Assembly (NCBI GenBank): GCA_036502405.1
Contig: DASXYP010000049.1
Span: forward strand, 44,596 to 108,595
Origin: Acidimicrobiia bacterium
GTDB taxonomy: Bacteria > Actinomycetota > Acidimicrobiia > IMCC26256 > JAENVU01
DNA length: 64,000 nt
Reading direction: 5' to 3'
Position numbers and translations under genes: made by a program. This document shows, one piece after another, positions 1 through 7,995 of this stretch; positions within the stretch are counted from its first letter, which is position 1, and each line of letters starts with the position of its first letter. The notes under the pieces are model-generated. The model searched no databases and was not told where the DNA came from. It saw nothing but the letters and a program-made list of their open reading frames with translations.

Positions 1-201
1 CGTCGTCATCCACGCGCGTGATCAGATCGTTCCGGCTCGCCGCCAGCTCGCGCTCGCGTCATCAGTGCCCGGCGCGACGACCCACGTCGTCGACGCCGAC
101 CACTTCGCCGTCATCCGCGAACGCGAACGATTCGTCGATACCCTCGTACGCGCGGTCGACCAGGTCGTGCTCCATCCCGGGACTGCTTCGAGGCACGCGG
201 C

Positions 202-646
202 TTAGGGTCCGGGCTCCGCGCCGCTCGCTTGCTGATCGGGGGACGGCGGCACGGGGAACACAGCCTGCAACGCCGTGCCCACGCCCGCTCGGCTGTCGAC
301 GACCAACGTCCCTCCCATGGCTTCGACCCGATCCAGAAGCCCGATCAACCCGGACCCTCGAGTCGGGTCGGCGCCGCCCGTCCCGTCGTCTCGGATCTCG
401 AGCCGGAGAAGGCCGGTCACGCTCTTCGACGACGACGTGCACCTCCGACGCGCGCGTGTGCTTGACCACGTTCGTCAGCGCCTCCGAGACCACGTAGTAC
501 GCGGCGATCTCGATCGAATCGGGCAGGGTCCGATCGATGCGCACCTCCAGCTCGACGGGAACGGCCGCGCGACGGCGGAGGTTCCTGAGCGCCCCTGCTC
601 TGCCTGCTGACCTCCATGTGCCTACCGGCGCAACCCTCCGCGACCT
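202..646 (-). pseudogene. Remnant of a NarL/LuxR-class sensor histidine kinase (ATPase domain only), 5'-truncated and frameshifted
   Basis: The minus frame ending at 544 reads ...GALRNLRRRAAVPVELEVRIDRTLPDSIEIAAYYVVSEALTNVVKHTRASEVHVVVEER. The kinase then continues in a different frame (202..420: TGLLRLEIRDDGTGGADPTRGSGLIGLLDRVEAMGGTLVVDSRAGVGTALQAVFPV). The frame break is near 411-420. An in-frame stop at 647-649 and the lack of any H-box/dimerisation segment upstream indicate loss of the N-terminal half. Confidence 0.6.
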
Positions 647-696
647 TCACGCGAAACGCCCTTGCGGGCACTTGAAGGAGCATCGGGCCGGCGCAC

Positions 697-713
697 CTGA
701 AGGTGCGCTGAAC
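697..713 (+). promoter_or_regulatory. Phased direct repeat CTGAAG-N5-CTGAAC (11-bp spacing), candidate OmpR-family regulator site
   Basis: CTGAAG at 697-702 and CTGAAC at 708-713. The site is intergenic, upstream of the membrane protein gene (starts at 739/760/793). It belongs to the same pentamer family as the sites at 1572, 3864 and 6002. Confidence 0.4.
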
Positions 714-792
714 GGGTGCGCTTCACGAGCCCGGACGCGTGGGCTGTACTGCACCGACCATGGATTCGCATCGCAGCCGGCTCGGCCGGCGC

Positions 793-1575
793 ATGACCAC
801 GCGCGGGCGGCTGCGGGTCCCGGAGGTCGCCGCCTCGTTCTGGATCGTCAAGGGACTCTCGACCGCGATGGGTGAGTCGACGTCCGACTATCTGGTCCAT
901 CGCATCGACCCCGTTCCCGCCGTCCTGTTGGGCTTCGTCGGATTCGTGATCGCGCTCGCGTTGCAGCTCCGCATGAGGCGCTATCTCGCCACGACCTACT
1001 GGTTCGCCGTGGTCATGGTCGGCGTCTTCGGAACGATGTGTGCCGACGTGCTGCACGTGGGGTTCGGCATCCCCTATGCGGCGTCGACGACGCTGTGCGT
1101 GCTCGGCCTCGCGCTGGTGTTCGGATCGTGGCAGCGCACCGAAGGAACGCTCTCGATCCACAGCATCGACACCGAGCGCCGCGAGCTCTTCTACTGGGCC
1201 GCGGTCGTGCTCACGTTCGCGCTCGGGACCGGGCTCGGAGATCTCATGGCGGTGACGTTCAACCTCGGGTACTTCGCGTCGGCGGTGCTCTTTGCCGCGA
1301 TCCTGCTGGTGCCCGTGGTCGGGTACGCGCGGCTGCACTGGAACCCCGTCTTCTCGTTCTGGTTCGCGTACGTGCTCACCCGTCCCCTCGGCGCATCGAT
1401 CGCCGACTGGCTCGGCAAGCCGCAGGACGCCGGCGGCCTGGGCTGGGGATCGGGATGGGTGAGCCTCGGCCTGACCGCGCTGATCGTCGGAGCCGTCGCC
1501 TACCTCGCCGTGACCCGCTCGGATGTCCAGCGCACCGGCGGCGAACCCGCGCGGCGACCAGCGGCCGAGGCCTGA
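793..1575 (+). CDS. Integral membrane protein, COG4705-like (uncharacterised membrane-anchored protein family)
   Basis: ORF 739..1575 with multiple hydrophobic helices. The N-terminal 'VPEVAASFWIVKGLSTAMGESTSDYL' and later 'FWFAYVLTRPLGASIADWL' resemble the internally repeated COG4705 family (from memory). Start is ambiguous: GTG 739, ATG 760 or ATG 793. Confidence 0.8.
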   Translation: MTTRGRLRVPEVAASFWIVKGLSTAMGESTSDYLVHRIDPVPAVLLGFVGFVIALALQLRMRRYLATTYWFAVVMVGVFGTMCADVLHVGFGIPYAASTTLCVLGLALVFGSWQRTEGTLSIHSIDTERRELFYWAAVVLTFALGTGLGDLMAVTFNLGYFASAVLFAAILLVPVVGYARLHWNPVFSFWFAYVLTRPLGASIADWLGKPQDAGGLGWGSGWVSLGLTALIVGAVAYLAVTRSDVQRTGGEPARRPAAEA

Positions 1576-1588
1576 ACCGGGGCTGAAC
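1572..1588 (+). promoter_or_regulatory. Phased direct repeat CTGAACCGG x2 (11-bp spacing), candidate OmpR-family regulator site
   Basis: A perfect 9-nt repeat CTGAACCGG at 1572-1580 and 1583-1591. The site ends 42 nt before ATG 1633. A TAGCGT -10-like hexamer at 1620-1625 ends 7 nt before that ATG. Confidence 0.45.
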
Positions 1589-1632
1589 CGGCGCGCTGTC
1601 GGACGCGCCCGCGGCGCCGTAGCGTCACCGGC

Positions 1633-2829
1633 ATGCCATCAGGAGCGGGCTCCGCACCCGGGCTCGGGCGGGCAACGGGCTTGCTGGCGCTCGTCGTGGC
1701 GTTGGTCATCGCCGCCTGCGGTTGCTCGGCGACCGGAGGTGGACGCGCCGGCGCCGAGCGTCGCAAGCCGCCGTCGACTTCGTCGACCTCGACGACGACG
1801 ACCGCTCCGGTCGCGGATCCGAACCCGCTGACCGGCGCCGGCCCTGGTGTCGACGTCTACCAGCACACCCGAGCCGGGATGCTCAGCCCCGCGGTGCTCG
1901 GCGTGCCGGCGCGGGTCTACGTGCCGAACAGCCTCTCGAACACGGTCGACGTGATCGACCCGACGACGTTTCGAGTCGTGGAACACTTCGCGGTCGGCGC
2001 GAAGCCCCAGCACGTCGTGCCGTCGTACGATCTCTCGACGCTTTACGTGAACAACAACGCCGGGAACTCGCTCACACCGATCAACCCGCGGACGGCGGCG
2101 CCCGGTCCGCCGATCACGGTGCCGGACCCGTACAACCTGTATTACACACCGGACGGCAGCCGCGCGATCGTGATGGCGGAACGCAACGGTGAGATCGACG
2201 TGCGGGACCCGCACACGTGGGCGCTCGTCGAGGCGATCCGCGTCCCGCACGCCGGGGTCAACCACGCCGACTTCACGCCGAACGGTCGCGTCATGATCGT
2301 CAGCTGCGAGTTCTCCGGCTGGCTCGTGCGCATCGACCTGACGACGCTGACGATCACCGGCGAGCTCCACGTCGGTGGCGCCCCGATCGACGTGCGGTCC
2401 TCTCCGGACGGGAGCGTCATGTACGTTGCGAACCAGGAGCGCTCCGGCGTCTCGGTGATCGACCCGGCGACGATGCGCGAGCTGTCGTTCATCCCGACGG
2501 GGAGGGGAGCCCACGGTCTCTACCCGAGCCGCGACGGGACGAAGCTGTACGTGAGCAACCGGATGGCCGGCTCCGTCTCCGTGATCGACTTCGCCACCCA
2601 GGCGGTCGTGGCGACCTGGCCGATCGGCGGGACGCCCGACATGGGTGGCGTCTCGGCCGACGGCGGCCAGCTCTGGCTGACCGGTCGCTACAGCAACGCG
2701 GTCTACGTGATCGACACCGCGACCGGCCGGCTGCTCCACACCGTCCCGGTCGGTCTCGGCCCCCACGGGCTGTGCTTCTTCCCCCAGCCGGGCCGGTTCA
2801 GCCTCGGGCACACGGCCAACTACCGGTGA
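1633..2829 (+). CDS. Secreted lipoprotein with YVTN/YncE-type beta-propeller repeats
   Basis: 398 aa. Signal peptide plus lipobox (LVIAACGC), then a Ser/Thr/Pro linker. Repeated 'P.G....PDG..LYV.N..S..VSVID' units follow (e.g. SNTVDVIDPTT, GVSVIDPAT, GSVSVIDFAT, NAVYVIDTAT). Confidence 0.9.
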   Translation: MPSGAGSAPGLGRATGLLALVVALVIAACGCSATGGGRAGAERRKPPSTSSTSTTTTAPVADPNPLTGAGPGVDVYQHTRAGMLSPAVLGVPARVYVPNSLSNTVDVIDPTTFRVVEHFAVGAKPQHVVPSYDLSTLYVNNNAGNSLTPINPRTAAPGPPITVPDPYNLYYTPDGSRAIVMAERNGEIDVRDPHTWALVEAIRVPHAGVNHADFTPNGRVMIVSCEFSGWLVRIDLTTLTITGELHVGGAPIDVRSSPDGSVMYVANQERSGVSVIDPATMRELSFIPTGRGAHGLYPSRDGTKLYVSNRMAGSVSVIDFATQAVVATWPIGGTPDMGGVSADGGQLWLTGRYSNAVYVIDTATGRLLHTVPVGLGPHGLCFFPQPGRFSLGHTANYR

Positions 2830-3845
2830 GCGTCGACAACCGCGCGGCAATGGCGGCCCTCGGGCTGGCGCTGCTCGTGCTGTCGAGCGCCTGCGGAGGC
2901 GGAGGCGGAGGCCCGAGCAGGGCGCGCGGTCCGGCCTCGACCGCGACCAGGCCGGCTCCGCAACCCGTCGCACCCGTGACCACCACGCCACCCGCGACGG
3001 CGCCGACGCAGCGGATGGAGCCCGCGCTCCCGGCGGCGGTGCAGGAGTCGGGCGGCACGAGCGCCGACGGCCGGATGTACGTCGTCGGCGGCTACGACGC
3101 TTCCCGGTCGAGCACCGCGACGGTCTGGGTGTTCGACGGCCGCACGTGGCAGGCCGGGCCGGCGCTCCCGCTCCGGTTGAACCACCCTGGGGTCGCCGCA
3201 CTCGCGGGCGACGTCTACGTGGCCGGCGGGTTCACCCCGGACGGGCAGGCGTCGACCCGGGTGTTCGTGCTGCGGCGCGGCACGCTCCAATGGACGGAGC
3301 TGCCCGCGATGCACCGGCCGCGTGGTGCGCTCGCGCTCGTCGCCGTGTCCGGTGCGCTCCTGGCGATCGGCGGACGGGCCGGCACGCAGCAGATCGGCGT
3401 CGGAGAGCGCTTCGACCCGGCGACGCGCGTGTGGTCCGACCTCCCGGCAATGCCGAGCCCGCGCAACCACCTCGCGGGTTACGTCGAGGGTGGCCGGGCC
3501 TGCGTCGCGGGCGGCCGCACGCCGGCGACGACGGGTGGGGTGGACTGCTACGACCCCATCACCAACGGGTGGATCGCCGTGCCTCCGCTGGCGGTGCCGA
3601 CCTCCGGCGCGGGTGCGGCCGTGCTCCCCGACGAGCCGGTGGTCATGGGTGGCGAGACGGCAAACGAGACGTCGATCCTCGGGATCGTCCAGTGGCTCGC
3701 GGGTTCCGCGTGGAGCCAGACGCCGATGCTCGTCCCCCGCCACGGGGTGGCCGCCGCGGTCTTCGAGGGCCGGGTATGGGCGTGCGGAGGTGCGACGGCG
3801 CCCGGGTTCCACGCGGTCGCGGACTGCACCTCCCTCGGCCGCTGA
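2826..3845 (+). CDS. Kelch-repeat beta-propeller lipoprotein
   Basis: In-frame tail of ORF 2217..3845. The GTG at 2826 overlaps the upstream stop (GTGA); the alternative start is ATG 2850. Lipobox LVLSSACGG and a Pro/Thr linker are followed by repeated 'GG......W..LP.M...R' Kelch-like units (MYVVGGY, VYVAGGF, LLAIGGR, ACVAGGR, VVMGGE, VWACGG). Confidence 0.85.
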   Translation: MSVDNRAAMAALGLALLVLSSACGGGGGGPSRARGPASTATRPAPQPVAPVTTTPPATAPTQRMEPALPAAVQESGGTSADGRMYVVGGYDASRSSTATVWVFDGRTWQAGPALPLRLNHPGVAALAGDVYVAGGFTPDGQASTRVFVLRRGTLQWTELPAMHRPRGALALVAVSGALLAIGGRAGTQQIGVGERFDPATRVWSDLPAMPSPRNHLAGYVEGGRACVAGGRTPATTGGVDCYDPITNGWIAVPPLAVPTSGAGAAVLPDEPVVMGGETANETSILGIVQWLAGSAWSQTPMLVPRHGVAAAVFEGRVWACGGATAPGFHAVADCTSLGR

Positions 3846-3863
3846 AGAACCGGCGCCGGGCGT

Positions 3864-3890
3864 CTCAGCCGCGGTTCAGCCCACGTTCAG
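3864..3890 (+). promoter_or_regulatory. Three phased repeats CTCAG-N6-TTCAG-N6-TTCAG (11-bp spacing), candidate autoregulatory site
   Basis: Pentamers start at 3864, 3875 and 3886, in the 88-nt gap between the Kelch gene stop (3845) and the response regulator ATG (3934). The 21-mer at 3871-3891 matches the reverse complement of 1571-1591 at 18/21 positions. Confidence 0.45.
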
Positions 3891-3933
3891 GATGCGGCGC
3901 GACGATGGGAGCCCACCGCGAAGAGGACCCCGC

Positions 3934-4611
3934 ATGCGAGTGCTCATCGTCGAGGACGAGAAGAAGATCGCCGCGGCCCTGCGGCGTGGGCTCGAAGCCG
4001 AAGGATTCGCGGTCGACGTCGCGCTCGACGGCACCGACGGCCTGTGGATGGCAACCGAGCACGCGTACGACGTCATCGTGCTCGACATCATGTTGCCGGG
4101 CATGAACGGCTTCAAGGTGTGCGAGAGCCTCCGCGAAGCGCGGAACTGGACACCGATTCTGATGCTCACTGCGAAGGACGGCGAATACGACCAGGCCGAG
4201 GCGCTCGACACCGGGGCGGACGACTACCTCACGAAGCCGTTCTCCTTCGTCGTGCTGCTCGCCCGCATCCGCGCGCTGCTGCGGCGCAGCGGGCGGTCCG
4301 AGCCGGTCGTCTACAGGGCCGGCGACCTGACCGTCGACCCGGTCACGCACCACTGCAGGCGGGCAGACGTGTCGATCCCACTCACCGCACGCGAGTTCGC
4401 GGTCCTCGAGTTCCTCATGCGGCGAGCGGGCGAGGTCGTGTCGAAGTCCGAGATCCTCGACAACGTCTGGGACTTCGCGTTCGAGGGTGATCCGAACATC
4501 GTCGAGGTGTACGTGCGCCACCTGCGCCGCAAGCTGGACGAGCCGTTCGGCCGCCAGCTGATCGACACCATTCGCGGTGCGGGGTACCGGCTCAATCCGA
4601 CGGGCGGCTGA
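3934..4611 (+). CDS. OmpR/PhoB-family response regulator
   Basis: MRVLIVEDE...VIVLDIMLPGMNG...LMLTAKD (receiver domain) followed by a winged-helix C-terminus (LTAREFAVLEFLMRRAGEVVSKSEIL...VEVYVRHLRRKL...IRGAGYRL). Confidence 0.95.
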   Translation: MRVLIVEDEKKIAAALRRGLEAEGFAVDVALDGTDGLWMATEHAYDVIVLDIMLPGMNGFKVCESLREARNWTPILMLTAKDGEYDQAEALDTGADDYLTKPFSFVVLLARIRALLRRSGRSEPVVYRAGDLTVDPVTHHCRRADVSIPLTAREFAVLEFLMRRAGEVVSKSEILDNVWDFAFEGDPNIVEVYVRHLRRKLDEPFGRQLIDTIRGAGYRLNPTGG

Positions 4612-4617
4612 AGCCGC

Positions 4618-5970
4618 GTGCGGCACTTCGCGACCGTTCGGATCCGGGTCACCATCGCGTCGGTCATCGTCGTCGGCATCTCGCTGGCGCTCGGGAGCCT
4701 GTGGCTGTTGAACGCGCACCGGAGCGCGCTGACCCAGGGGATCGAGACGAACGCTCGCCTCCGATCGCGCGACATCGCCGCGACCGTGGCCGACGGGGCG
4801 TTCCCTGCGACGCTCGCGGTGCCACGGGGCGACGACAACCTGGTCCAGGTCGTCGACGCCGCCGGACACGTCGTCGCGTCGTCGGAGAACATCCGGAACG
4901 AGCAGCGGTTCAGCCGGCTGCAGCCGGATGACGACGGGTACGCGGCGCGCAGCGTGAGCGACCTGGACGGCGAAGGCCCGTTCCGCGTCGTCGCCCGGCG
5001 GGTCCGGACCAAGGCCGGGGTCCTCACCGTGTACGTGGCGGGCAGCCTGGCGCCCGTCGACTCGAGCGAGGACAGCCTCGAGCGGCTCCTCCTGCTCGGC
5101 TTGCCGATGCTGCTGCTGCTCGTCGGCGCCACCACCTGGGTCGTCACCGGTCGTGCGCTGCACCCAGTCGAGGACATCCGACGGGAGGTCGAGGCGATCG
5201 GCGGCGAGGATCTCCACCGCCGCGTCCCGGAGCCCGGGACTGCGGACGAGATCGGGCGTCTCGCGCGCACGATGAACGCGATGCTCGGGCGGCTCGAGCA
5301 CGCCACCGATCGCCAGCAGCGGTTCGTGGCGGACGCGAGCCACGAGCTGCGCAGCCCCCTCACGGGCATCCGGGCACAGCTCGAGGTCGACCTGGCCCAC
5401 CCCGAGCGCGCGGACTGGGAGAGCACCGAACGGGACGTGCTCGTGGACACGATCCGGTTGCAGCGGCTGGTCGAGGACCTCCTCGCGCTGGCCACCGCCG
5501 ACGCGAGGCCGAATGACGCCGCGCACCGGGAGACCGTCGACCTCGACGAGATCGTCCTCTCCGAGGCGCGGCGCCTGCGGAGCCGGAGCCCCCATGAGGT
5601 CGACAGCTCGGCGGTCTCGGGGGCGCAGCTGCTCGGCAACCCGGACCAGCTGACCCGGGCGGTCAGGAACCTCCTCGACAACGCGGACCGCCACGCCGGC
5701 ACGACGGTGACGGTCGCGCTGATCGAACACGACGACACGGTGCGGCTCACGGTCGTCGACGACGGGCCGGGCATCCCGGTGGAAGAGCAGTCGCGGATCT
5801 TCGAGCGGTTCACCCGGCTCGACGACGCGCGGGCCCGCGACAACGGTGGGAGCGGGCTCGGGCTCGCGATCACGCGGGAGGTCGTCACCGCACACGGTGG
5901 GACGATCGCGATCGACAACGCGCCGGGCGCCCGGTTCACGGTCGCGCTCCCCCGCCAGCCGGGGGCCTAG
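4618..5970 (+). CDS. Sensor histidine kinase (HAMP-HisKA-HATPase_c)
   Basis: 450 aa. Two TM segments flank a ~130-aa extracytoplasmic region. H-box FVADASHELRSPLTGI, N-box LLDNADRHA, G-boxes DDGPGIP and GGSGLGLAI. Starts 7 nt after the regulator stop. Confidence 0.95.
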   Translation: MRHFATVRIRVTIASVIVVGISLALGSLWLLNAHRSALTQGIETNARLRSRDIAATVADGAFPATLAVPRGDDNLVQVVDAAGHVVASSENIRNEQRFSRLQPDDDGYAARSVSDLDGEGPFRVVARRVRTKAGVLTVYVAGSLAPVDSSEDSLERLLLLGLPMLLLLVGATTWVVTGRALHPVEDIRREVEAIGGEDLHRRVPEPGTADEIGRLARTMNAMLGRLEHATDRQQRFVADASHELRSPLTGIRAQLEVDLAHPERADWESTERDVLVDTIRLQRLVEDLLALATADARPNDAAHRETVDLDEIVLSEARRLRSRSPHEVDSSAVSGAQLLGNPDQLTRAVRNLLDNADRHAGTTVTVALIEHDDTVRLTVVDDGPGIPVEEQSRIFERFTRLDDARARDNGGSGLGLAITREVVTAHGGTIAIDNAPGARFTVALPRQPGA

Positions 5971-6001
5971 GCGCGGAACGCGACCGCGCGCGGTCGTGGG
6001 C

Positions 6002-6017
6002 TTCAGCGGCTGTTCAG
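6002..6017 (+). promoter_or_regulatory. Phased direct repeat TTCAG-N6-TTCAG (11-bp spacing), candidate OmpR-family regulator site
   Basis: TTCAG at 6002-6006 and 6013-6017, in the 70-nt gap between the HK stop (5970) and the PAP2 ATG (6041). A degenerate third unit (CTGAG/CTCAG) lies at 6022-6031. Confidence 0.4.
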
Positions 6018-6040
6018 CCACCTGAGCTCAGAGTCGCACC

Positions 6041-6736
6041 ATGCACCGGGCCCAGGTCGTCCGCACCACCGTCGTGGCGCTGCTGCTCGGAGTCGCGTTC
6101 GTGGCCCTGGCCTCGTGGATCGCGGCCTCCAGCGCCCCGTCGGCGACCGACCGGACACTCGGACTTGCGTTGCTCGCGGCCCCGTCGACGTGGGGCTTCC
6201 GCGCCGCAACCGCAGTGAGCTTCCTCGGGTCGCCCGTGATCGTCACCGCGCTCAGCGTCCTCGCCGGACTGGTGTGCTGGCGGCGCGGCGGCGACGTCCG
6301 GCTCGCGGCGCTGTGCGTTGGAGCGCCCGCGGTCGCCGCCCTGGTCGAGGTCGTCACCAAACAGGTCGTGGCGCGGCCACGGCCGCCGACCCGCGTCCTC
6401 ACCGGTGCATCGGGATTCGGCTTCCCGTCCGGCCACACCACCGGCGCGGCCGCCTTGGCCGTCGTCGCCATGGTCGCCGCGCAGCTGCTGATCACGGACC
6501 GCCGGCTCCGGCGCCGGGTGTGCATGGTGGCCGTGACGTATGCGGTCACGGTGGGGATCAGCCGGGTCGTCGTCGGCGCCCACTACCCGTCCGACGTCGT
6601 CGGCGGTCTGCTCGTCGGAACGGCCGCCGCGCTCGGCTGCGCGCTGGTGCTGACCCGGCACCGGCGCGCGCCGCAGGCCGCGGCGCCTGCGCCGGACCCG
6701 CGTGCGCTCTCACGATCGTCCGGCCTCGCCGCGTGA
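6041..6736 (+). CDS. PAP2-family (type 2 phosphatidic acid / polyprenyl-diphosphate) phosphatase, membrane-bound
   Basis: 231 aa, multi-TM. The three PAP2 motifs are present: KQVVARPRP, PSGH and SRVVVGAHYPSD. Confidence 0.9.
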   Translation: MHRAQVVRTTVVALLLGVAFVALASWIAASSAPSATDRTLGLALLAAPSTWGFRAATAVSFLGSPVIVTALSVLAGLVCWRRGGDVRLAALCVGAPAVAALVEVVTKQVVARPRPPTRVLTGASGFGFPSGHTTGAAALAVVAMVAAQLLITDRRLRRRVCMVAVTYAVTVGISRVVVGAHYPSDVVGGLLVGTAAALGCALVLTRHRRAPQAAAPAPDPRALSRSSGLAA

Positions 6737-7995
6737 CCGCGTTGCGCACCGAACCCCCCGCCGTCGTTCCCGCGCGCTCGCCGATCATCCACGACCGCCG
6801 ACGGGCGTGGATGATCGCGGGCGCGACGGGTATCACCCTCGTCGCGGCGCTCCTGCTCCAGCTCGCGTTCGTCGGCCACCACGGCCACAACTCGCTGAGC
6901 GATCTGCCCCGCGTGTTCGCGCACCGCCGGGTCGGAACGGGTGGTTTGCCCTACGTCGACCGGATGATCGAATACCCGGTCGTCGCCGGCGAGCTGCTCT
7001 ACCTTGCGGCAACCGTCTGGCCGACGCCGACCGGCGTCCTCGTCGTCACCGCCGCGGCCGCGAGCGTCGTCGGCGTGATACTCGCGCTCGTCCTCGAACG
7101 CCGGGTCGGCGCACGGGCGTGGCGCTGGGCGGTCGGCACGCCACTGCTGCTGTACGCGTTCCAGAACTGGGACGTCTTCGCGATCGCGGCGCTCGTCGCC
7201 GGCCTCGTCGCGTTCGAACGCAAGCGCAACGGGTGGTCCGGCGTCGCCCTGGGCCTCGGCGCCGCGATCAAGCTGTTCCCGGCGGTCGCGGTGCCGCCGC
7301 TGGTCGCGATCCGGCTCGCCCGGGGGGACCGGCGCGGCGCCGTGCGGCTCGCGGGCGCGGCCATCGCCACCTTCGCCGCGCTCAACCTGCCGTTCGCGGT
7401 AGCGCGCCCGTCCGGATGGTGGTGGCCGTTCGCGTTCCAGGGGCGACGCAACGCAACCTGGGGAAGCGCCTGGTTCTACGCGCTCCGCCTCGTCGGCGCG
7501 CCCGTGCACGGCACGGCCGGCGCGCACCTGGCGAACGCCGTCTCGCTCGTCGCTCTCACCCTCGCGATCGCCGTCCTGGTGCTCGTGACCGTGAGGAACC
7601 GGCTGTCCGCATGGCCTGCAGTGGCCGCCGCGGTCGCCCTCTTCATCCTCGCGAACAAGGTCTACTCCCCCGCCTACGACCTCTGGCTCGTCGTGTTCTT
7701 CGTGATGCTGCCGGTGAGCCGCCGGCTCTGGCTCGGCTTCTGCGCGGTGGACCTGGCGATGTACCTCACGGTCTTCGGGCACTTCCACGGCTACGACTCG
7801 CCCTACCTCACCCACAACCTGCTGCCTGCGCTCGTCGTGATCCGCACCTGCCTGCTCGTGACGTTCGTGCTCGTCGCGGTTCGGCAACGCGTCACCGCCG
7901 ACCCCGTAGCCCGAGCCACGACCCCGGCCCCGACGAGCCGGCAGCAGCCCGCCGCGACCATGCCGGAGCTCGTCTCGTCCCGGGGACGCCGATGA
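6733..7995 (+). CDS. GT87/DUF2029-like polyprenyl-phosphate-sugar dependent glycosyltransferase (PimE-like membrane protein)
   Basis: In-frame tail of ORF 6115..7995. The GTG at 6733 overlaps the PAP2 stop (GTGA). About 10 TM helices. The first-loop motif 'LPYVDRMIEYPVVAG' resembles the GT87 catalytic Asp loop, and 'GAAIKLFPA' is typical of the family (from memory). Confidence 0.8.
   Translation: MTALRTEPPAVVPARSPIIHDRRRAWMIAGATGITLVAALLLQLAFVGHHGHNSLSDLPRVFAHRRVGTGGLPYVDRMIEYPVVAGELLYLAATVWPTPTGVLVVTAAAASVVGVILALVLERRVGARAWRWAVGTPLLLYAFQNWDVFAIAALVAGLVAFERKRNGWSGVALGLGAAIKLFPAVAVPPLVAIRLARGDRRGAVRLAGAAIATFAALNLPFAVARPSGWWWPFAFQGRRNATWGSAWFYALRLVGAPVHGTAGAHLANAVSLVALTLAIAVLVLVTVRNRLSAWPAVAAAVALFILANKVYSPAYDLWLVVFFVMLPVSRRLWLGFCAVDLAMYLTVFGHFHGYDSPYLTHNLLPALVVIRTCLLVTFVLVAVRQRVTADPVARATTPAPTSRQQPAATMPELVSSRGRR

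Noticed and set aside
1-174. A 37-codon ORF (174..62, MEHDLVDRAYEGIDESFAFADDGEVVGVDDVGRRAGH) followed by TGATGA and further high-GC3 sequence (..RERELAASRNDLITRVDDD) running off the window start.
   Set aside because: The codon bias is coding-like, but the ORF is too short, no family is recognisable, there is no start codon for the downstream stretch, and it is cut by the window edge. It cannot be supported as a feature.
4909-4927. An intragenic TTCAGCC-N3-TGCAGCC near-match to the phased repeat inside the kinase gene, and a lone CCGGTTCAGCC at 2793-2803.
   Set aside because: The first has 10-bp (not 11-bp) spacing and one mismatch, lies in coding sequence, and is explained by a repeated codon string (..FSRLQPD..). 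The second is a single half-site. Neither is counted as a site, though both are mentioned for completeness.
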